NCBI RefSeq assembly: GCF_036971445.1
Contig: NC_091482.1
Coordinates: 16,554,001-16,618,000, forward strand
DNA from: Narcine bancroftii
Taxonomy: Eukaryota
Direction of reading: 5' to 3'
Length of the DNA stretch: 64,000 bases
Positions 1-8,790 of this stretch are shown piece after piece. Numbering within the stretch: the stretch's first letter is position 1; the number at the start of each line of letters is the position of its first letter. Both the position numbers and the translations under genes were made by a program. The notes beneath the pieces were generated by a model. It worked only from the letters and a program-made list of their open reading frames with translations. It made no database searches and had not been told where the DNA came from.

Positions 1-444
1 AGACTTGATGAGCTGCACCTGTCTTATGGATTTGTGGTCCAAAAGCTCTCCTGTCTAACTGTGATGCCACTTTCAGGGAATGATCTATCTGTATTCCCAG
101 ATCCTTCTGTTCTACGGCACTCCAACCATTTACCGTGGATGTCCTGCCTTGGCTTCTCCTTCCATAACGACACGCAGTCATTTCCACCCGCCATCTTGCC
201 GTCCATTTTCCCGGCTGGCCCAGATCCCTCTGCAAGCTCTGGAAGCCTTGCTGGCCGCCCACAGCACCAGTTGCAAACGCGCTGCCCACGTTCCTTCTGA
301 GACGGAGATGTGCCCTTTGTGATGAGCAAAGGAGTTCAAGAACCGGGTTTGAAGTAACGCAGTCCTGTCTTCGAGATCACTTGGGCAGAATACTCTGAAA
401 CATCTTTCCGAAGAGTAAAAGGCAGCTGAGGTCCTGGCTCCACA

Positions 445-559
445 GGAGTGGGAGATAGGGGGGGGGGGGGATTGAACTGGAGTGGGAGATAGGGGGGGGG
501 ATTGAACTGGAGTGGGAGATAGGGGGGGGGATTGAACTGGCGTGGGAGATAGGGGGGGG
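445..559. repeat. ~30-bp G-rich minisatellite, about 3.5 units (GGAGTGGGAGATA-Gn-ATTGAACT)
   Basis: Directly visible tandem units. Confidence 0.9.
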
Positions 560-879
560 AGTGGCTGCCTAGTCAGAGATCCTTTTGACAAGCCTAAGTG
601 TTTACTTTTTTCTAGCTTTGCAAAGTGATCCCATACATTTAGACATCCAATATGAAAGTTCATGGATGAGAGGTTGGAAGGGAAACGTGGTTTTAGGCAT
701 ATTTTCTTTTCTGGGGGGGGGGGGGAGGGGAACAAAGAAAAGGCAATAAAGTTTGACAAATACAGATGGGGGACAAAACCAGTCCTTTGCATTTTCAACC
801 TTCAACACACACACAATAAAAAGAACCCTTTAGCCATTTGAATGTGAATTGAGTCTCGTTTGTTCCCACGTTCTCTCTG

Positions 880-2100
880 GGATGTGTCTTTTCGCGGGGA
901 AACCAAACCAAACCACAAAAGAAATCAAGTGAGAGCGGGGCGCTCGGAGGAGGCTCGCTCCGATCCCACACGAAACCGAAGCTGATCGGTCCTCGCACAT
1001 CACCCGATGTCTGACCGCCAAGGAAATCTCTCCCCACCACTCCTCTTTTCCAAGTCGCGGTGCTCGGCGACTTTATAAGGAGTTCTCCAAGGTAACTGGA
1101 GGTCAGAATCGGCGGGGCGGCGGGGAGCGGCAGCGCTGTCACCCTGGGCGGCGGTGCTGAACCGCGGCGATGCTCCCGCTTCTGCTGGCGCTGCTCTGCT
1201 CCACGGCCGGCGCTCGGGAGAGAGCGGCGGCGCCGGAGCCCGGCTATTGGACGGACGGCCGCTACTGCGCCCGGAGCTCCGCCGTCCCGAGCGCCGCCGG
1301 GCAGCTGCTCCTCACCCAGATGAGCGACGGCGCCGAGGTGCTCCGAGCCCTGTGGATGCGCGGCCAAGTGCTGGAGTGCTGGCTCAGCGGCGACCCAGCG
1401 GCGGTCCGACCTTTCGCCAGCCTCTGCCACCTGCGGGCGGCTTCCGCCGGCGGCCTGGGGCGCCGGTGGGCGGAGGGCAGAGCCGGGTGCCGCCGCTTCC
1501 TCCGCCGCCGAGGAGCGGCGACCCTGCCCCGGGGAGACGCGGCTGCCCCGCGGGTGCCTCGCAGCGCCGGCTCGGGGGGAGCGACTCTTCACAGGAGTAA
1601 AAGGGGGTTCACTTACCCCGGGACCCTGTGGTGCGGCGCGGGGAATAACGCCGACAGCTACGACCATTTGGGTAACGGCGCAGGGACAAGCCCCCCCCCT
1701 CCCATCTTTATTGCTGCGTGGTCTCAACTCCCCCCCCCCCGCCCCCTCACACACACACACCCACCCACCCCTCACTCACCTGAGAGCATCTGCGGCGTCC
1801 TGCACCTCCAGGTGAGTGAGGAGTGTGTGTGAGTGGGGGGAGGTCGAGAACCTCCGTTTCCCGCCTCCGGGGGTGACCCCGCGATCTCGTGTCTTGAGCG
1901 CCGCGAAATTCGACCCGGGCCAGAAACCGGGTTGTTTGAAGCCAACGTTGGACGTATCGGATCGGAGGGGAGGGGACGGGACGGGACCAAGTTGGACTTC
2001 TTTGCACCCACGTTGCCCGCCTTGGTGTGCGCATTTCCCGGGGGGGGGGGGGGGGGGGGGCGAACCGCGCCAAGTCAGACTGAGTTTGTGGATAGAAAAG
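880..2100 (+). promoter_or_regulatory. CpG island / promoter of the PLA2-like gene with TATA-like TTTATAAG at 1072-1079
   Basis: Very GC- and CpG-rich segment around the ATG; TATA-like box ~90 nt upstream. Confidence 0.55.
1170..1671 (+). CDS. PROCA1: PLA2 group III-like exon 1 (signal peptide, N-terminal domain, furin site, Ca loop)
   Basis: ATG at 1170 in a CpG island; ends DHLG|gtaacg, phase 1. Confidence 0.85.
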
Positions 2101-3092
2101 ACCCTTCTTTGCACCCACTTTGCCCGCCCTGGTGAGTGGGTTTTTGCATTTCCCGGGGTGGGGGGTGATTTTGCATTTCCCGGGGTGAGGGGGTTTGCAT
2201 TTCCCGGGTTGAGGGGGTTTGCATTTCCGGGTTGAGGGGGTTTGCATTTCCCGGGTTGCCCGGGGTGGGGGGGGGGTTGTTTGTATTTCCCAGGATAGGG
2301 GTTTTTGCATTTCCCGGGGTGGGGGGGGGGATTTGCATTTCCCGGGGTGGGGGGGGGATTTGCATTTCCCGGGGTGGGGGAGGGGTTTGCATTTCCCGGG
2401 GTGGGGGGGGGTTTACATTTCCCGGGTTGCCCGGCGTGGGGGGATTTGTATTTCCCGGGTTGCCCGGGGTGGGGGGGGGGGTTTTTGTATTTCCCAGGAT
2501 GGAGGTGTTTGCATTTCCCAGGATAGGGGTTTTTGCATTTCCCGGGGTGGGGGGGGGGATTTGCATTTCCCGGGGTGGGGGAGGGGTTTGCATTTCCCGG
2601 GGTGGGGGAGGGGTTTGCATTTCCCGGGGTGGGGGGGGGGTTTACATTTCCCGGGTTGCCCGGCGTGGGGGGATTTGTATTTCCCAGGGTGGGGGGATTT
2701 GCATTTCCCAGGGTGAGGGGATTTGCATTTCCCAGGGTAGGGGAGGGGTTTGCATTTCCCGGGGTGGGGGAGTGGTTTGAATTTCCCGGGGTGGGGGAGG
2801 GGTTTGCACTTCCCAGGGTGGGAGATGTTTGCAGTTCCCGGGGTGGTGGGGTGTTTGCACTTCCCGGGGTGGTGGGGTGTTTGCACTTCCCGGGGTGGTG
2901 GGGTGTTTGCACTTCCCGGGGTGGTGGGGTGTTTGCACTTCCCGGGGTGGTGGGGTGTTTGCATTTTCCGGGGTGGAGGAGTGTTTGCATTTCCCGGGGT
3001 GGGGGGTTTGGTTTCGAGCAGCTGCCAGGTTGTGATTTCTGCTACCGGTCCCAGTGTCTTCATCACCCGTTTGGCCGCGTCTGACAATGTTT

Positions 3093-3128
<36 letters not shown>

Positions 3129-6100
3129 GCAAGTTTTCGGAGACGGACAAATGCTGCCGGGAACATGACCATTGTGATCATGTGATTGACCCCCTCTCTT
3201 ATGCCTACGGCCACAGGAATTTAAGGCTGCACACTCTGAGCCATTGTGACTGCGATAATAAGTAGGTCACAGCCACTTGACCCTCTCGCCTCCTCTGTTG
3301 GAAGGGACTGTCATGGAGAAGTAGAACAGGAACATGATGCCCAAATTATGCTGTTTTCAAGCTTCAAGATTATTTAATTGTCCTGTAATAAACCTGAAAA
3401 TGTGATATTGCACAAAATTTCCTATAGTCCACTGCAGGGCTTCTCAACCTTTTTCTTTCCACTCACATCACTATTCCCTATGCCATAGGTGCTCTGTGAT
3501 TAGGAAGGGATGTGGTGGGAAGAAAAAGTTTGACTCATTATGTGCACATTTCAGAACTTCAAAGGAAATGACCATTTTTCTCAAGCAAAATATTTCAGTA
3601 ACAATTGGGTCTCGGGCAGTGATTCTCAACCTTCCCTTCCCACCCACATCCCACCTTGAGCAATCCCTTCCTAATCACAGAGTACTGATGGCACAGGGAT
3701 TACTGGAAAGAAAAAGCTTCAAAACCACTGGTTTATGTTAAGGCAAAGATTCGCCATCAGCAGAAATTCCCCTGCACCCCTGACCGTCAGAAAAAGAGAA
3801 ACTCAAGGGTCCCCCACCCCCCCCACCCCCCAGTCATTGAGTGCCCATGGACTCACCTCCAGTGTTCCTGCAGCCTCCGCAGCCACACAGAGTCCAGTCC
3901 AAACTATCAGCCACCCGAACTTCAGATGCAAACCTCTGAAACAGTCAGGAAGCCTTCAGCCCTCTCGGCACCTTCTGGCATCCTGGTTCTGATACCTGGT
4001 ACCCCTTCAGCCATCTCAAGCCAGTCCACAGCCTGGTGCGAGCCGCTTGAATGCCAGCAGCCCACAGACCACGTGAGTCTTCACCTCGAGTCACCAACAG
4101 GATAAAAACCCCTCTCTAAACCCTACATTATTAAGAAGCCTTTCAAATGCTCCTAGCAGGTCTGCTTCCACTACTTCTTCCACTACTACGCCTTTTCCAG
4201 GTGTCATCCACTCTCTGTGTAAACAAACCTCCTCTCACGTCTGAGTTAAACAAGGAAGGCTGCAGATGCTGGGGTCCAGTGCAATACACAAATGTGCTGG
4301 AGAAGCTCCCAGCTCAAAAACGTTGGTGACCCTTCGGATGCTGCCCGTAACCTGCTGAGTTTCTCCAGCATATTTGTGCATTGCCCCGTGCATCTCTTTT
4401 TAACTCCTCCCCACCTTTTCACATTTCCTCTTACATTTGACATTTCCACCTCGGGAAAACGATTCTAAGTACCCTAACCCAGAATAAGAACAGAAGAAAC
4501 TGGAGCAGGAGTCGGCCAACCGGCCCATCAAACCTGCTCCGCCATTCAATGAGATCATGGCTGACCTGATCATGGACTCAACCTCACCAACCTGCCTTTT
4601 CCCCCCCATATCCCTTAATTCCTTTTTTATGTCAAAGTCTATCTAACTGAACCTTAAATATGTTTAATGAAGTAGTATCAACCATTTCCCTGGGCAGAGA
4701 ATTCCATAGATTCACTTCTCTCTGGAGAAAAAAGTTTTTGCTCATCTGTCTTAAATGTACTCCCTTGAATCTTGAGGAATTCATCGCTCGAGGACACAGA
4801 TTCTTGGGGAAAGAATATATTGATGATTGCAATGTTATATTGAAAGTGGAAACTCAGTATGTCGAGAGTGGAAATAAACAGAAGATAAAATATAAGGAAA
4901 AGGGAGAAATCTGCAGATTTTAAAAATCTTGCCTCCTGACTTGCTCTCTTCAAATGATCTCTCCATGTAGGTTAAAGCAGTGTTTGATTCGAGTTAATGA
5001 CTCATCTTCCCGGGTTGTTGGTCAGGCATTCTTCAATGTGCTACAAGTACCTTGCTTTGAATTTGCCTACAAGGAGCAATGTGTGGAACGGTATTGGTAT
5101 GGCTGGTGAGTTCAACATTCAATCATTACAAGGTAGCAAATGAAGCTGGTGAGTTTACTGAACATGTTACTTGCTGGCCAGTCCATCACAGTTCCTGATT
5201 TCTTAGGAAAGGCAAACATACGTTCATGAGGTGTTTGATTTGTTGCAGTACACAATAATGACCGAATAGAATGTAACACCTCAGACAGCACCTCCTGCCA
5301 CCGGGTAACAGGGTAACCATGTGTTTTTAAAGCAAGATTAACAGTCTTCCAGATTGTAGCATTAGTCCTTTCAACCTGCCCATTGCCCTGAGGGTTGTAG
5401 CTCATGGTACAGCTGGTGGCAATCCCCTTTCGTAGCAGGGCTCGACGCAGTTCAGCGCTCATGAAAGCTGAGCCTCTATCGGTATGAATGTAATTGGGAA
5501 AACCAAAAATGCTGAAAATTCTGTCAAGTGACTTAATGACAGATGCTGACGAGACGTTAGAGCAGGGTATCGCAAAGGGAAACCTGGAATATTCGCTAAT
5601 TACAGTTAGGAAATATACATTTTTGTTGTTGGAAGGTAATGGCCCTTTAAAGTCTAAACTAATCCTCTCAAAAGATCGGGTTGTCTTGATGAGAGTGGTC
5701 TCCAGAGCTTTGAAGTATTGTGCTTTGCATTCTGCGCAAACAGGACAGCTTTTAGTCAGTTTCCTGACTTCTTCCAGAGAGTAAGGAAGGTTTTTAGCCC
5801 TGATGTAGTGGAAAAACCTCATGACTCCTGGGTGGCGCAGTCTGCTATGGATCTCTTTTAGCCCCTCCAGCTGAGCACCAGCAGCAGATCGTGACATTCC
5901 CTCAGAGGGATCATTTAACCTGACCGGTCTGTACTGGATCTCATAATTAAAAATTGAGAGTTCTATTTGCCCGCGTGCCATCTTATCATTCTTGATTTTA
6001 CTTTTGTGTTTAGCACCGATCATGTAAGCTACAGATTTCTGATCAGTGACAAGAGTCAATTTTCTGCCGGCTAGAAAGTGTCTCCAGTCGCGAACAGCTT

Positions 6101-8541
6101 CAATAATACCCTGGGCTTCTTTTTCAATGGCAGGATGTTTAAGTTCAGGTCCGTGTAACGTGCGGGAGAAGAATACCACAGGTCTGCCCTTTTGATTAAG
6201 GGTTCCTGCCAAGGCACAATCTGAGGCATCAGTTTCCACTTGGAATGGGACCTCCTCATCAATGGACGAGAGTGCGGCTTTGGCAATATCAGCTTTAATT
6301 CTCTCGAAAGCCTTCAAGGCCATTGGAGAGAGAGGAAAAGATTTAGTGCCAAACACGTGCCTTCGTGGCGTAGTCCCGAACCCATGTGCAGTAGTAGGAA
6401 AAGAATCTCATACATCTTTTAAGATTGCCTGGTGGCAATAAAATAGTGGGGATGGTGGGGAATTTTGTACCTTGATGAGGGGCGCAAGCCTGAAACGTTG
6501 GTGACGTATCTTTATCTTTGCCTCATAAGGTATGTTGTTTGACCTGCTGGATTTCTCCAGCATTGTCTTTGCTTCATTCACGGTGTCTGCAGAGTAAAAG
6601 TTTCATGGACGTTCATAGCTGACCAGGAAAGGTTTACTTTCTCCTTCTTAATGTTTGGAGCATGCACTCTACCATCCTCCCGTCCACTCTCAACGTGTTA
6701 AGAGACCGAAGCCAAATACAACATGGTGGCCACCAAGGCCCACTCTCGCGAGAGGTTGGCCACCCCTGCCATATGTGCTATTTTCCATAGGGAAGCCCCT
6801 GCTTTCCACCTCAAGAGTTCAAACAACCCCCTTTCAACCCCCTGGCATTTATCAGCCCCTTGGATAGTCCCATTGACTCCCAGGGGCCAATATCGACTAC
6901 TTTGGAGAGCCCTGATCTAAATGAAAGCAAACGAGAGGATCAGCTGCTGATTGGTGGAGTGGAAGGTGGGGTTGAAAGGGACAGCATCATGTTTTGTTAT
7001 CCACATTGATTCGTTTTTAAGAAAATGAAAGCCCCTTATCTTAGGGAATTGTATATTCATATTTGCAATGCCTGAGGAAAGCAGATAACATGTCAGATTA
7101 TTTACTGTTAACTTTGGAAAGATCTTCCATAGAGATTAATTTTGAAGTTCTTGCTGTTACTGATCAAATTGTACTAAGTGGAGTTTCAGAACTTACTTCT
7201 CCACAAGGATTGTCAGATCATTACCAATTAGTGCGACACTATTAATTCAACTAAATCACCAGTCCTAGCAAGTGGTAACGAAAGGAAGAATGTTGCCAAT
7301 TTTATACGGTAGTAGATATTTTTTTCATGTGTTTGATTCAGATGCTAATTATATCAAGATTGTGAGGTAATGCTGTTGAAGATTCCTTTGTAATAAATAG
7401 ATTCATTTAAAATGCAAGGTTTTAATGACTTCTGACCACGTTTGATAGGTGCAAAAGATACGATCATATGCATGTTGCTGTACCGAAACAGTCGTTGCTC
7501 TTTAACTATGGAGGAGATTTGGTCGATGAGCTGCTGGTGACACCTGAATTTGATTCCAATTCCCCAACTACCTTCTCGTGGTTAAACACGCCATCATTTA
7601 CCCCAACACCGGAAGCTACAAGTCAACGAACAACTTTTGGCCAAGTACTCCATGCAGCAGAAGATCTTGTTAAAGTCATGGCAACTGTCACTCAGAGCTC
7701 TGCCAATGGTAGTATGTCTGGGACTGCAGGCAACTCTGTCAGTGAGAAGACTGGCATTTCCCTGGATAAAGTCAAGGAGAGGAAAAAGAAGAGGAGGAAA
7801 GGAAAAAGAAGAAAAGGGAAAAGGAAGAAGAAAAATCGTGAAGGCAAACGTCGTTCGAAAGGCAGCAAGGCAACTAATGTACTGCAAGTTCAGAACAAGG
7901 ACTATTTCACTGAATTGGAGAAAGCAGGAAAGAGTAATAAACTGGGCCATCAACTCTTTGATAATTCTTTGGATTCAATGATAAAGAGAGATGTATTTAA
8001 TGATATGGCAAATGAATCCCACAGTGTGCAAAGCTACACTCAGCTACATAAAATGTCAACTGTGTCAATGGCCAAACCGAATCAAAGATTTCAGCATTAC
8101 AGAATTGAAGACCTTCCACCCCTCTTGGTTACACAGAGCCCTGTAATGGGATTTTATAGAGAAAATTTGACTGCCAAATTATGGCCCAAAGCAGTTGATG
8201 GGCATCAATCCTTCGGCGAAGGAGCATTCACCTCGGCACCTCGTAAAACAAGCCCCATTTCCCACCCCGTCAAAAAGGAGCCTTCATTTTTAACCATGAT
8301 GACACCTGGACAATATAGAGAGGAGACATCTACTGCAGCAAGTGTCCACGCAGTGTCTGAAGAAATGACAACGAACGCTAAGTTGAAAGCAAGCCGCTTG
8401 GTCCCTTCATTAGAGAGCATCCACAAGAAACAACGGCGTAAAAAGTGCAGGAAAAGGAAAAATCGAAAATTACAACAGAAAAGCAGGCTGACTATACCAA
8501 CAGCTCCTCACACGATTGTTCATGGAGAACTTGAAAAGTAG
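1170..8541 (+). CDS. PROCA1: Group III secreted phospholipase A2-like protein at the PROCA1 locus; 4 coding exons (1170-1671, 3129-3261, 4971-5105, 7449-8541), ~620 aa
   Basis: Spliced translation: signal peptide [15 protein letters not shown]; RSKR|[14 protein letters not shown] (Ca2+ loop as in bee-venom/PLA2G3); [11 protein letters not shown]; SHCDCD; [14 protein letters not shown]; WYGWC. All introns are GT-AG with phases 1,2,2 and total 1863 nt. The PROCA1 name is inferred from the tail-to-tail position with SUPT6H, as in human. Confidence 0.8.
2030..3010. repeat. G-rich minisatellite, ~21-30-bp unit TTTGCATTTCCCGGGGTGGGGn, in PLA2 intron 1
   Basis: Dozens of tandem variant units; source of the many spurious repetitive ORFs in the track. 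Confidence 0.95.
3094..3126 (+). repeat. (CT)16 microsatellite forming the polypyrimidine tract of exon 2
   Basis: Directly precedes the AG acceptor at 3127-3128. Confidence 0.9.
3129..3261 (+). CDS. PROCA1: PLA2 group III-like exon 2 (catalytic His-Asp)
   Basis: (CT)n-cag acceptor; [43 protein letters not shown]; donor AA|gtaggt. Confidence 0.93.
3435..3730. mobile_element. Composite hAT-type MITE dimer, copy 1
   Basis: CAGGGCTTCTCAACC...TTCAAAACCACTG termini; internal second unit; shared linker TTTCTCAAGCAAAATATTTCAGTAACAATTGGGTCT. Confidence 0.75.
4254..4396. mobile_element. Penelope-derived palindromic short element
   Basis: CTGCAGATGCTGG...AATGTGCTGGAGAAGCTC inverted against GAGTTTCTCCAGCATATTTGTG; related pieces near 13600, 20410, 34440. 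Confidence 0.55.
4485..4777 (-). mobile_element. CR1-type LINE 3' fragment
   Basis: Minus-strand translation [29 protein letters not shown] plus typical 3' tail. Confidence 0.85.
4971..5105 (+). CDS. PROCA1: PLA2 group III-like exon 3
   Basis: catgtag acceptor; [44 protein letters not shown]; donor TG|gtgagt. Confidence 0.93.
5175..6425 (-). mobile_element. Gypsy/Ty3 LTR retrotransposon pol fragment (RT end, RNase H, integrase), antisense in PLA2 intron 3
   Basis: VETDASD, EKEA, TDQKS (RNase H); H-x4-H...CPVC zinc finger; [25 protein letters not shown] (DDE); frameshift near 6355. Confidence 0.93.
6470..6595 (+). mobile_element. Penelope-like element terminal fragment with degenerate hammerhead-like core
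   Basis: TTGATGA-GGGGC GCAA GCCT-GAAACGT...GACCTGCTGGATTTCTCCAGCATT; related copies ~26095-26155 and ~51655-51740. Confidence 0.55.
7449..8541 (+). CDS. PROCA1: PLA2 group III-like exon 4 (end of PLA2 domain plus long Ser/Thr-rich, K/R-rich tail)
   Basis: tttgatag acceptor gives [15 protein letters not shown] in frame with ORF 7468-8541; stop TAG. Confidence 0.88.
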
Positions 8542-8784
8542 CTTTGCAGCTAAATTCCCACTAACCATATAGCAAACTATGAATGCATGAAATCACAGGT
8601 TACATTGTAACACATTAATATTTGTGAGAAGTGAAAGAATACATGCCTTTACAGCTCATTTCTGGACCACACAGAAATTTCTTAAATAGAGTAAAAACGT
8701 ACACTCATGTTTTTTATTCATGAATTTCAAATCTTTATTGCTTTGTGGACAATTACACCTAGAGAGAAAACTTTATAAAAGTTT

Positions 8785-8790
8785 AATAAA
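8785..8790 (+). terminator. Candidate poly(A) signal of the PLA2-like gene (alternative at 9201-9206)
   Basis: AATAAA ~245 nt after the stop codon. Confidence 0.45.

Noticed and set aside
1-420. Exon of an upstream gene such as RAB34
   Set aside because: No recognisable peptide or splice signals; the window begins with a CR1-like tail
795-1775. 326-aa antisense ORF over PLA2 exon 1
   Set aside because: Expected shadow ORF of a GC-rich CpG island; no recognisable protein
2030-3010. CRISPR-like repeat array
   Set aside because: No unique spacers and no cas genes; eukaryotic intron
1747-3150. Long repetitive ORFs on both strands (e.g. 1776-2990, 404 aa PGNANP repeats)
   Set aside because: They are translations of a stop-poor G-rich minisatellite in intron 1; all frames are open and there is no splice or domain support
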